From NCBI GenBank assembly GCA_963787835.1, contig CAWBEI010000002.1, positions 32,001-96,000 on the forward strand: 64,000 nt of DNA. The letters are read 5' to 3'. The stretch comes from Ignavibacteriota bacterium (GTDB taxonomy: Bacteria > Bacteroidota > Ignavibacteria > Palsa-1295). Below, in pieces: positions 28,142-37,395 of the stretch. A model generated the notes under the pieces. That model ran no database searches and was not told where the DNA came from. It saw only the letters and a list, made by a program, of their open reading frames with translations. Position 1 is the first letter of the stretch; each line of letters begins with the position of its first letter. A program made the translations under genes and the position numbers.

Positions 28142-29716
28142 ATGAACAAACCTACTACGCTCGGCGGGCTGAAGCTCGCCGGGTATGAGATCCTCCCCGT
28201 CAAGGAGGAAATGCGCCGCAATCTTATTCGGAAATTGCGGAATCGCGAACCATTATTTCCCGGAATTATTGGCTACGAAGACACCGTCATCCCGCAGCTT
28301 GTCAATGCCGTTCTCTCGAAGCATGATGTGATCTTTCTTGGATTGCGCGGTCAGGCAAAGACGCGAATTGCACGAATGCTTACGGAATTGCTCGATGAGT
28401 GGGTACCTATTGTCGAAAGCAGCGAAATAAATGATGATCCGTTTCATCCTATTTCATTTCATGCCACTCAAATGGTAAATGAAATGGGCGATGCAACGCC
28501 TATCGCGTGGATGCACCGCTCCGAACGCTACGGCGAAAAACTTGCCACTCCCGATGTAACGATTGCTGACATCATCGGTGACATCGACCCGCTCAAAGCC
28601 GCTCATCAGCGATTGCATTATTCGCATCAGGGGGCGATCCACTTCGGAATCATTCCACGCACCAATCGCGGCATATTCACCATCAACGAACTTCCCGATC
28701 TTCAGCCGCGCATTCAGGTCGGGCTGTTTAATCTGCTCGAAGAGCGAGATATTCAGATTCGCGGATTCAATATTCGCATTCCGCTCGATGTGATGATGGT
28801 CTTTACAGCCAATCCGGAGGATTATACCAATCGCGGAAATATTGTCACCCCGCTGAAAGATCGAATTGCATCTCAAATTCTTACGCACTACCCGATCTCG
28901 ATGGAAAATGCAATTGCCATCACCGAGCAGGAAGCGTGGACGGCTCGCTTCGGCGAAGAGGGCATTGTTGTGCCGAGATATTTCAAGGAAATTATCGAGC
29001 AAATCGCGTTCGAGGCTCGAAAATCGGAATTTATCGATCAAAAATCCGGCGTATCGGCGCGGCTTACGACAAGTGCAATGGAAGCGCTCATCTCGAATGC
29101 CGAGCGCCGCTCGATCATGAACGGCGATGAAATTATTTTGCCGCGCGTGACAGATCTGGCATTCGTCACAAGCGGCGTGACTGGCAAAGTGGAACTTGTC
29201 TTCGAGGGCGAGCAGGAAGGTATGGCAAAAGTGGCCCGCGCGCTTATTGGCAAAGCGGTGAAAGAGATATTCAAGAAATACTTCCCCGATCCGCTGCTAC
29301 GCGAACGGGCAAAAAATGCGCTCAATCGTTATGAAGAACGCTACGCCAAACAGCTCACGCCAACTGCTCCACAAAAAGAAGGCGAGTACGATGCTGTGCT
29401 AAATTGGTTCGCGCAGGGCAATATGATCTCCATCACGGACACGATGAAGTTCAATGATTATTTCAAAGAGCTTTCCCGCGTGCCGCGTTTGCGCGAACTA
29501 ACCACGCGCCATCTGAAAATTCAGGAGGCGAACCGGTTCGAACTTGCCAGCGCAATGGAATTCGTCCTCGATGGACTTCACCAAAATTCCAAACTCGCCA
29601 AAGAGGAAGAATTCGGTGTGCCCGAGATCACCTACCGAGATATGGTCGGGAGCATTTTTTCGCTGCCTAACGATGCGGGCGAGGAAGAAGATGGTGACGA
29701 GCCCGTACGCTTCTGA
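28142..29716 (+). CDS. Mg-chelatase ChlI-like AAA+ ATPase
   Basis: LGLRGQAKTR, INELPDL, ANPEDYTNRGNI.TPLKDR. Confidence 0.85.
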   Translation: MNKPTTLGGLKLAGYEILPVKEEMRRNLIRKLRNREPLFPGIIGYEDTVIPQLVNAVLSKHDVIFLGLRGQAKTRIARMLTELLDEWVPIVESSEINDDPFHPISFHATQMVNEMGDATPIAWMHRSERYGEKLATPDVTIADIIGDIDPLKAAHQRLHYSHQGAIHFGIIPRTNRGIFTINELPDLQPRIQVGLFNLLEERDIQIRGFNIRIPLDVMMVFTANPEDYTNRGNIVTPLKDRIASQILTHYPISMENAIAITEQEAWTARFGEEGIVVPRYFKEIIEQIAFEARKSEFIDQKSGVSARLTTSAMEALISNAERRSIMNGDEIILPRVTDLAFVTSGVTGKVELVFEGEQEGMAKVARALIGKAVKEIFKKYFPDPLLRERAKNALNRYEERYAKQLTPTAPQKEGEYDAVLNWFAQGNMISITDTMKFNDYFKELSRVPRLRELTTRHLKIQEANRFELASAMEFVLDGLHQNSKLAKEEEFGVPEITYRDMVGSIFSLPNDAGEEEDGDEPVRF

Positions 29717-29864
29717 TGTGAGGGCTGGGACTGACTAAGTGGCAATTCTGGGGTCATTTCGAGGGTGAGACAATAATTATAAAGATTTTTTTGTAACCCG
29801 AGCGACCTTGCGCGTTTTAACAATAGTGGGTCTTGGGCTCACTTCGGATAACTAAAGAACGATC

Positions 29865-32024
29865 ATGAAACGCATACTTATTCCAATTGCTGTTATTTAT
29901 GCACTTACATTTGCAATTTTGCCGATCGCCGGAGCCCAATGGGTAGAAATTAATGGTAAAGGAGGATGTTCTGCAACCTCGTTTGCCAGCAGTGGCTCAA
30001 GTATCTTTGCGGGCACAAATAACGGAGCTATCCTCTCAACTGATAATGGAGCAACATGGAATGTTCAGGATGCAGGATTGAAGGATAGCAATGTAACCGC
30101 AATGTTTGCGTTCGATACCACCGTCCTTGCCGGAACCGAAAGAGCAGACGACGAATCCACGAGCATCTATCGTTGGGATGCTGCTACTCAGACCTGGATA
30201 CTGACCGGCTTTGTGCCAACCTTCTACTCCCCGCTTTATGCATTTGCCTTGTTAGGGCCTTTCGTGTACGCAATCACGGATCGGGCACTTGCGATTTCAA
30301 CAGACCGGGGTAACTCATGGGAAATCAATGATACTTCATTCCAATCGCTGGGATTGCTTTCCATCGCACCATTATCCACACTCTTGTTTGCCGGAACCGA
30401 TAGTGGCGTCTATTCTTCTCTCGATTTCGGCGCAAGCTGGCAGAGAGCCAGCTCAGGCTTCCTTAATAGGGTGCCTGTCACAAGTCTTGCTGTACTGGGA
30501 AACGATCTTTTTGCTGGAACCGAAAATGGAATTTACCGCTCAGTGGATGAGGGGGTCACCTGGTCACAACTGAATTTCAGTGTTCCCTTATATAGTACAG
30601 TCATGTCTCTCTATGTGAGCGGCACAAATATTTATGCGAGCACCATAGATGGTGTTTTTCTTTCCACTGACAGCGGCATCACTTGGACAACACTGAATAC
30701 CGGACTAACAAATAGGAAGGTGCAGGCCATCGATCTAATCAGCAATACTCTTTTGGCGGGAACTCAGGGTGATGGAATATTCCGCTCTATCGATAGCGGT
30801 CAGCACTGGATCGCCAATAATACTGGACTGACCGGAACGTATGTTCGGAGTATCTACCATAGCGGTCGCGCTTTGTTTGCAGGTGAAGATGTGGAAGATA
30901 ATATGGATGATGGGGGCAGCCTTCGCTCGACTGACGAGGGAGAAAGCTGGAAATCTATCAGTCCCGATTCGGCGACTCAAGATATTACCTCATTCTCGGT
31001 TATCAATAATAATCTCTTTATGGGAACCGGTGATCAAGTCGGAAATGCAGATTTAGGGTTATATTTTTCGACCAACGATGGTTTAACCTGGGAGCTCCGA
31101 GATACAGGTTTAAGCTCCAACTACGCAATATTTTCTTACACTACGATGGGGAATAAGCTTTTTGCAGGAGCGAACGGGATGGGAATTTATCGTTCTTCCG
31201 ATACCGGCATCACCTGGTCGCCCATCGATTCTGGCCTCGCAAATTATGCAAGGGTTTTCAGCTTGGTGGTTAATGGGAATACACTATTTGCTGCAACCTA
31301 CAACGGAATTTATCGCTCCGATGATAGCGGAAATATCTGGGAACGAGCCGATAACGGCCTAACGGATACAGATATTTTTTGTTTGACCGTAGATGGTAAC
31401 GACATTTTTGCAGCGGATGTAAACTATCAAGGAGTTTTTCGTTCAACAAATAACGGAGCAAGCTGGGAACAAGTAAACAATGGTTTACCCTATAATACAT
31501 TTGCCTATTCATTCGCGGCGCAGGGATCGAATCTTTTTGTTGGAGTGGAAGGCGGGGTCTATTTAAGCACGGATTTCGGTGAAACCTGGATCGATGAGAA
31601 TCAAGGAATGCAATCTGGCGCGTTCTGTGGCAGCCTTGCTATTGACAGCACGTATCTCTTCACAACGGCCTATTCAGAAACAGGCCCGAATGTCTATGGT
31701 GGCGTCTGGCGCCGCCCGCTCTCAGAAATGATCGCTACTGCTGCTGTCACTCCCACACCGACAGCGCAGCGATCCATTACCGCATTCCCCAATCCCTGCA
31801 CTTCATCCTCGACAATCGCTTTTTCCTGTGCGGAAGCTGGCGCGGGGGAAGTTACCATCGTCAATCTGCTAGGTGCGGAGGTTGCGCGGATTTTCGAGGG
31901 TGAGTTGTCGGCTGGCGAGCATTCTTTTACCTGGGATGCAAGCGGTGTGGCGCCGGGAATGTATGAGTGTGTCGTCCTCGTAAATGGAGTTGTTCAGCGA
32001 ATTCCATTATCTCATTTAAAATAG
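29865..32024 (+). CDS. Large Asp-box repeat (double propeller-like) protein with T9SS C-terminal domain
   Basis: More than ten S-x-D-x-G-x-x-W repeats; AFPNP..NLLG..PGMY. Confidence 0.8.
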   Translation: MKRILIPIAVIYALTFAILPIAGAQWVEINGKGGCSATSFASSGSSIFAGTNNGAILSTDNGATWNVQDAGLKDSNVTAMFAFDTTVLAGTERADDESTSIYRWDAATQTWILTGFVPTFYSPLYAFALLGPFVYAITDRALAISTDRGNSWEINDTSFQSLGLLSIAPLSTLLFAGTDSGVYSSLDFGASWQRASSGFLNRVPVTSLAVLGNDLFAGTENGIYRSVDEGVTWSQLNFSVPLYSTVMSLYVSGTNIYASTIDGVFLSTDSGITWTTLNTGLTNRKVQAIDLISNTLLAGTQGDGIFRSIDSGQHWIANNTGLTGTYVRSIYHSGRALFAGEDVEDNMDDGGSLRSTDEGESWKSISPDSATQDITSFSVINNNLFMGTGDQVGNADLGLYFSTNDGLTWELRDTGLSSNYAIFSYTTMGNKLFAGANGMGIYRSSDTGITWSPIDSGLANYARVFSLVVNGNTLFAATYNGIYRSDDSGNIWERADNGLTDTDIFCLTVDGNDIFAADVNYQGVFRSTNNGASWEQVNNGLPYNTFAYSFAAQGSNLFVGVEGGVYLSTDFGETWIDENQGMQSGAFCGSLAIDSTYLFTTAYSETGPNVYGGVWRRPLSEMIATAAVTPTPTAQRSITAFPNPCTSSSTIAFSCAEAGAGEVTIVNLLGAEVARIFEGELSAGEHSFTWDASGVAPGMYECVVLVNGVVQRIPLSHLK

Positions 32025-32031
32025 AATTTTT

Positions 32032-32115
32032 TGTAGCGCCGGCGTCCTCGCCGGTCCCCCATCCCCAATCCCGTGCTAACGGGGATGGGGGACCGGCGAG
32101 GACGCCGGCGCTACA
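32032..32115. repeat. GTAG-type REP doublet with perfect 35-bp arms
   Basis: TGTAGCGCCGGCGTCCTCGCCGGTCCCCCATCCCC and its exact reverse complement. Confidence 0.85.
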
Positions 32116-32148
32116 TGAAGGATTGAAAAAATATTTTGGATTGTGGCG

Positions 32149-32156
32149 TATTTTTG
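32149..32156 (+). promoter_or_regulatory. Bacteroidota-type -7 promoter element
   Basis: CG-TATTTTTG-CAG just upstream of the maf ATG. Confidence 0.5.
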
Positions 32157-32163
32157 CAGTGAA

Positions 32164-32796
32164 ATGCTGCGCACACTTTTTCTTGCATCGGAATCGCCAC
32201 GGCGGGCTTCGCTTGTGAAATTACTTGGGGTGAAGCGGATTAGCATCCGCCCCGCGAACCTGCACGAGGTGATGGATGCGGTGCTAACTCCCCAAGAAAA
32301 CGTCGAGCGGCTGGCGCAGCATAAGGCTCGGAAAGTCGCTGCAGAATTGGATAATGTGCCCTCCCCTAACCCCTCCCGCAAGCGGGAGGGGAATAATAAT
32401 GGCGTGGTCCTCGGCGCAGATACCACGGTTTGGATCGGCGGTAACATGCTTGAAAAGCCCGTCGATGCTAAGGATGCTGAGAGAATGTTACTTGAACTAA
32501 GTGGGGCGACGCATACGGTCTATACCGGCGTTGCGCTTTTTGATACTGAGACAAAACGGGAGCATTCGTTCGTCGAAGCAACGGACGTAACCTTCCGCAA
32601 TCTTTCTATTGAAGAAATCCGGGAATATATTGCAACAGGTTCGCCAATGGATAAAGCCGGCGCCTACGGTATTCAGGAAGATTTCGGCGCAGTGTTCGTC
32701 AAGCGCATCGATGGCGATTACTATAATGTGGTGGGGTTGCCGATTTGCAGTTTGTATTTAGCGCTAAAAGATTTCGCACCAGCACTATGGCGATAG
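32164..32796 (+). CDS. maf: Maf family nucleotide pyrophosphatase with an in-frame palindromic insertion
   Basis: LASESPRR, GADT, LEKP, DKAGAYGIQ, NVVGLP. Confidence 0.92.
   Translation: MLRTLFLASESPRRASLVKLLGVKRISIRPANLHEVMDAVLTPQENVERLAQHKARKVAAELDNVPSPNPSRKREGNNNGVVLGADTTVWIGGNMLEKPVDAKDAERMLLELSGATHTVYTGVALFDTETKREHSFVEATDVTFRNLSIEEIREYIATGSPMDKAGAYGIQEDFGAVFVKRIDGDYYNVVGLPICSLYLALKDFAPALWR
32359..32393. repeat. Palindromic repeat inside maf
   Basis: CCCTCCCCTAACCCCTCCCGCAAGCGGGAGGGGAA, encoding PSPNPSRKREG. Confidence 0.7.
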
Positions 32797-33734
32797 TTGA
32801 TAGTGGAAAGTGGATAGTGGATAATAAAGGGAGCAATCAATCGCGACCCCGAAGTGCCTTATCCACTATCCACTTTTCACTATCCACTGAAACCTGGCTG
32901 TTGCTTTCGCCATGGCTCGTCACGCTCATCCTTTTTTGGGCTTACCCGCTCGTCTATGCACTCTATCTCTCCTTCACAAAATATTACACGCTGACGAACC
33001 GTACAGTGTGGATCGGTTTTGGTAACTATATAAAACTGGCGCACGATCCCGTTTTTTGGCAAGCGTTGTTGAATACCGGAATTTTCGTGATCGGCACGAT
33101 CCCCTTTACGATGATCTTCGCGCTTTTTTTTGCGGCGCTCCTTGTGCGCGTCGAGCGATTTCAGCATTTTTATCGCTCTGCGCTTTTTTTGCCGAGTGTG
33201 ACTTCATTGGTGGTTATAGCACTCATCTTTACGAATCTTTATGCATCAGGCGGCTATATTAATTCACTGTTAAAAATGGCTGGGTTTGGAGCGCCAGCGC
33301 GAGGCTGGCTGTTGCAGCCGGGACTTGCACTGCCGGCCATCATGGCGATGGATATCTGGATCTCCATCGGATATTATGCCGTGCTGTTCCTTGCCGCGAT
33401 GCAAGGGGTTTCGAAAGATTTTTACGAAGTAGCAGAACTCGAAGGAACCTCGAAATGGAAACAGTTCTTTACGGTCACGCTGCCGGTCATAAAACCCACG
33501 CTGTTATTTGCACTGGTATTGAATACGATAAAAAGTTTTCAGGTGTTCACCGAGATCTATGTGATGACGCGCGGCGGCCCGCTTGGGCGAACGACAACGC
33601 TTGTGTATCAGGTGTATTCCAACGCCTTTGAATCGGCAGATACGATGGGCTACGCCTGTGCAATAGCCTATGTGCTGTTTTTTATTATTGCAGTGTTCTC
33701 ACTATTTGAAGGTAGAATTCTTCGGCAAACCTAA
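32787..33734 (+). CDS. Carbohydrate ABC transporter permease
   Basis: GFGNY..DPVFW..NT; EAA loop YEVAELEG; MTRGGP. Confidence 0.88.
   Translation: MAIVDSGKWIVDNKGSNQSRPRSALSTIHFSLSTETWLLLSPWLVTLILFWAYPLVYALYLSFTKYYTLTNRTVWIGFGNYIKLAHDPVFWQALLNTGIFVIGTIPFTMIFALFFAALLVRVERFQHFYRSALFLPSVTSLVVIALIFTNLYASGGYINSLLKMAGFGAPARGWLLQPGLALPAIMAMDIWISIGYYAVLFLAAMQGVSKDFYEVAELEGTSKWKQFFTVTLPVIKPTLLFALVLNTIKSFQVFTEIYVMTRGGPLGRTTTLVYQVYSNAFESADTMGYACAIAYVLFFIIAVFSLFEGRILRQT
32792..32888. repeat. Inverted arrays of 7-bp tandem repeats (TAGTGGA / TCCACTA)
   Basis: GATAGTTGATAGTGGAAAGTGGATAGTGGATAA ... TTATCCACTATCCACTTTTCACTATCCACT. Confidence 0.75.
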
Positions 33735-33774
33735 CACTTTTCGCCAGCTAAATCCATCACTACACACCGCACTC

Positions 33775-35127
33775 ATGGCTGTTACACCTGTTGCAACCCA
33801 CTCGCCTCGCGTCATTGCCCCTCAAGCAGCCCCTCCTTCACCGGGCAAGGATCTGATCGAGATACGCGACGTTGGCATGACGTTCACCACGCCGAGCGGC
33901 AAACCGCTTCCGGTGCTCGAGCATATTAACGTCAGCGTGGCGGAGAACGAATTTCTCTGCATCTTAGGCGCGTCCGGTTCCGGCAAATCGACGATCCTTC
34001 GTATTATGACCGGATTGCTCAAGCCAACGATCGGAACCGTGACCGTCGAAGGCAGACCGCTCCGTGGAAATAATCCGCTCACGGCGATCGTATTCCAATC
34101 CTTCGCACTGCTGCCGTGGCTCACGGTCGAGGAGAATATCGGGCTTGGGCTGGATGCGCTGCATGCTCCGCACGAAACGATCATGGCGAAGTCAAAGCGC
34201 GCGATCGATCAGGTTGGTCTGGAGGGATTTGAAGAGGCGTATCCAAAGGAACTATCCGGTGGCATGAAACAACGCGTTGGGATCGCGCGCGCGCTCGTGG
34301 TCGATCCGAAGATCCTCTGTATGGATGAACCGTTCAGCGCGCTCGACGCCCTGACTGCCGAGAACTTACGTTCGGAGGTTCTGGATCTCTATCATGCGAA
34401 CGCCGGAACACTAAGTTCGGTGGTGATGGTCACGCATTCTATCGATGAAGCGGTGGAACTCGCGTCGAGAATTATTGTGCTCGATGCGCATCCGGGCCGC
34501 ATCAAGGCAGAGTTTGCGAATCCGCTCCCCTACCCTCGCGATATTCGGTCGCAGGAATATATCGATCTTTCGAGCCGCATCCACTCGCTTATTACGAATG
34601 CTGTGCTGCCGTTCACGGAAGCACAAACGGCGGTTTCGAAAACAGAGATCCTTCCCGCGGCTAATATCGAAGAAATTTTTGGATTGCTCGGAATTCTTGC
34701 GGCAGAAGGTGGCAGGCTGGGAGCCGGGGATCTCGCCGAAGCTGCAAGCAGACGCTTCGACGAAACACTGCAGATCATCAAAGCTGCCGAACTGCTTTCA
34801 CTTGTGGAATCACCGGGACAGGATGTGGTTATCACCCCGCTCGGCAAGGAGATCGTTGAGGCGGATGTTAACGAACAGAAGATCCTGCTGAACAAGCAGC
34901 TTCGCGGGCTTCGCACGTTCCAGCTTCTGCTCGATACGCTTCAGCAAAATGAAGGCGAGGTGCCTTACGAGGTCCTTATCGAAGATTACGCAACGCGGAT
35001 GCCTTACGAAGAGCCCGCGCAGTTGCTGGACACCGTTATCGACTGGGGCCGCTTTGCTGAACTCATTGGGTATCGATCCAAGGATGATGTGGTGTATCTC
35101 GATACCGGCGAGCTTACGAAGGAATAA
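33775..35127 (+). CDS. Nitrate/sulfonate-type ABC ATP-binding protein with C-terminal AAA-associated domain
   Basis: GASGSGKST, LSGGMKQRV, MDEPF, VTH; C-terminal IDWGRFAEL. Confidence 0.88.
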   Translation: MAVTPVATHSPRVIAPQAAPPSPGKDLIEIRDVGMTFTTPSGKPLPVLEHINVSVAENEFLCILGASGSGKSTILRIMTGLLKPTIGTVTVEGRPLRGNNPLTAIVFQSFALLPWLTVEENIGLGLDALHAPHETIMAKSKRAIDQVGLEGFEEAYPKELSGGMKQRVGIARALVVDPKILCMDEPFSALDALTAENLRSEVLDLYHANAGTLSSVVMVTHSIDEAVELASRIIVLDAHPGRIKAEFANPLPYPRDIRSQEYIDLSSRIHSLITNAVLPFTEAQTAVSKTEILPAANIEEIFGLLGILAAEGGRLGAGDLAEAASRRFDETLQIIKAAELLSLVESPGQDVVITPLGKEIVEADVNEQKILLNKQLRGLRTFQLLLDTLQQNEGEVPYEVLIEDYATRMPYEEPAQLLDTVIDWGRFAELIGYRSKDDVVYLDTGELTKE

Positions 35128-35165
35128 GTAAACCTGTGATTTGCGGTTAGGCTCTAATTCTTTCG

Positions 35166-35173
35166 TATTTTTG
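35166..35173 (+). promoter_or_regulatory. Bacteroidota-type -7 promoter element
   Basis: CG-TATTTTTG upstream of 35206. Confidence 0.45.
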
Positions 35174-35205
35174 AAGAGATATTAAAGCATTCTTAAGCAT
35201 TTGTT

Positions 35206-37077
35206 ATGAAACGATTATTCCTTAGTGCCGTCACGTTCGTATTATTTTCCGTCTCACTTGGTACGCTGCAAGCCCAGACGACCATCCTTCGCCCAGCCGT
35301 GGCATTCGTGAAGGCCGATCGCAGCATTCTTTATATTAAGCAGCCGGACTCTGCGGTGCAAGCCTTCGATCTGGCGGCTATCATTGATAGCGCGACGTTC
35401 AACCTGGCCGGGCTTGATTCTATCCGGCATATCGGGATCATCGGAATGTCAAGCGCCGGTGACCGGCTTATAATCGGAGCGGATGTCTATTATCTGGACC
35501 CTACCAGCGATGTGCATGTCTCGTTTGAGGGGTTGGTTTCCATTCCCTGGCCGGTTAGCACATTTTCCCTGACGAACACGCTCCATCGTTTGCTTCCTTC
35601 TCGCGGAAATGGAAGTTTTCGGCCGGTCGGGGTATTATCTGCCGATGGGAAGCAATGGTGGGCTACCATGTCAAGCGCTTCCGACGGCGACGATTCTCTC
35701 ACATTCTATCATGGGAATACCGATGGCACCGGCACGATCGATTCCACGACGTATCAATATGAAATGGTATCCGGGTTCCACATGTCCAATATAGCGCTCG
35801 ATACGAAAAATAACACGATGCTCGCCATGTCCTTCGATGGTTTGCAATCCCCCGATCAAGCCACGGATGCCCACGTCCGTTTCTATCAATGGACCCTCGG
35901 TAATGAGGTTGAAGGAACAGAATTTACGGGAGTCTATCGCAACATCAACACCCACTATTTGCTCCGTACCGATAGCCTGTTCGGCCTGACCATGATCCCT
36001 AATAATGATGGTACAACTGCTTTGATGGGATTGACGCCAGGTTATGACAACACTATTAGTCTCTATAGTTTTCCTTATCTTTCGAGCAATTTCGATATTT
36101 CAAGCCCCACCACACAGATCCCCAGGTCAATAATTCCGCAAAGCCAGAACTTTTTCGCGGGCAAGAATTGCGGCGCTTATACCGAGGACATTGCGGGTGA
36201 GGATAATTCCCAGTCCGGCAATGCCGGGGATGTCTCTGTAAATTCGATCGGTGGAGATACCATTCTGTTCATTACGCACGAATCTTCCTCCAGCTGCCTT
36301 GACCGCGATGCTAATTCGGCGATATGGTCATACAATCTTAATACCGGACAAGCTCAATTCATTTACAATGATTCTTCCGCTCAGGAATTACAGCCGGTGT
36401 GGGTGGTGACGCCATACACGGTGCCACATTATCCTGGGATCGCATGGCAGAATGTAGCGACAACCAATTTCGGGACGGTGGATACGGGAAAAACCTCATC
36501 TCTTACATTCACGGTCGTCGATAGCTCTCAAGAAACGCCCGTCGTGGTCGATTCCGCTAATATTACTGGCACTGCTACTTCGGAGTTCACGATCACCGAC
36601 GGAAAATCAATGGCAACATTACAGCCAGGCAAGACAGAATCGGTGACCGTATCTTTCGCACCAATCGCTCCGGCGGGATTGAAGAATGTTACGTTAACCG
36701 TCTATTTCGAGGGACAGAACAGCGGGGGACCGATACAAAGTACGATCACGGAACAATTGAGTGGCACGGCAAACATTCCCCTGAATGGCGTAAGAGAAGA
36801 TGCAGTTCTTTCCTCTTCCATGTCCATCGACCCGAATCCGTTCTCATCTGCAGCCTCAATCCAGTTGACTGCACCCGATGCTGGCGCGCTTGGGATCGTT
36901 GTACATGATGCGCTCGGGCGAACGGTTTATACTTCGGAGCTTCGTGAGACCGGCGCTGGACAAACCCAATCGTTCACATTCGATGCAAAGGCGCTCGGAC
37001 TTCCGAACGGTGTCTATTATGTGACGGCCTTCCTCGGCGAGCGGCAAGCTTCGCGCGCAGTAGTGTTTACAAGATAA
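35206..37077 (+). CDS. Secreted protein with choice-of-anchor D (ASPM-SPD-2-Hydin-like) and T9SS C-terminal domains
   Basis: Signal peptide; NFGTV..TLQPG..VSFAP..LSGT; DPNPF..DALGR..PNGVYY. Confidence 0.75.
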   Translation: MKRLFLSAVTFVLFSVSLGTLQAQTTILRPAVAFVKADRSILYIKQPDSAVQAFDLAAIIDSATFNLAGLDSIRHIGIIGMSSAGDRLIIGADVYYLDPTSDVHVSFEGLVSIPWPVSTFSLTNTLHRLLPSRGNGSFRPVGVLSADGKQWWATMSSASDGDDSLTFYHGNTDGTGTIDSTTYQYEMVSGFHMSNIALDTKNNTMLAMSFDGLQSPDQATDAHVRFYQWTLGNEVEGTEFTGVYRNINTHYLLRTDSLFGLTMIPNNDGTTALMGLTPGYDNTISLYSFPYLSSNFDISSPTTQIPRSIIPQSQNFFAGKNCGAYTEDIAGEDNSQSGNAGDVSVNSIGGDTILFITHESSSSCLDRDANSAIWSYNLNTGQAQFIYNDSSAQELQPVWVVTPYTVPHYPGIAWQNVATTNFGTVDTGKTSSLTFTVVDSSQETPVVVDSANITGTATSEFTITDGKSMATLQPGKTESVTVSFAPIAPAGLKNVTLTVYFEGQNSGGPIQSTITEQLSGTANIPLNGVREDAVLSSSMSIDPNPFSSAASIQLTAPDAGALGIVVHDALGRTVYTSELRETGAGQTQSFTFDAKALGLPNGVYYVTAFLGERQASRAVVFTR

Positions 37078-37081
37078 ATAT

Positions 37082-37372
37082 TCAACCCACTCTCCAGAGA
37101 ATATCGCGAACCAGTCCGGCGCCCACTTCGGACGCGATCTTTTCGAGGATCGAAGCTTTTTGCATCGTGAGTTCATAACGCCAGACTGCGTTCTTCACGC
37201 GAATGGTCAGAATTCCCTTTTCGAGCTTTTCGGGAACGGTTACGCTCGCTATTTTCTCTCCGACCATTCGCGGCCAATCGGTAAGCACGGAGTAACCGCG
37301 CGCCTTTTTATCGAGGCCGAATTCCTTCAGGACTTCGGAGATAACGTTTTGGAGTGAAAGCGGTTGTGGCAT
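37082..37372 (-). CDS. DUF721/DciA-family replicative helicase loader
   Basis: W..MVG..IA..T.P..L.IRV...W..EL pattern, downstream of recF; alternative TTG start at 37399. Confidence 0.8.
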   Translation of the reverse strand: MPQPLSLQNVISEVLKEFGLDKKARGYSVLTDWPRMVGEKIASVTVPEKLEKGILTIRVKNAVWRYELTMQKASILEKIASEVGAGLVRDILWRVG

Positions 37373-37395
37373 AGCGTCGAACGTATCGGCAAACG

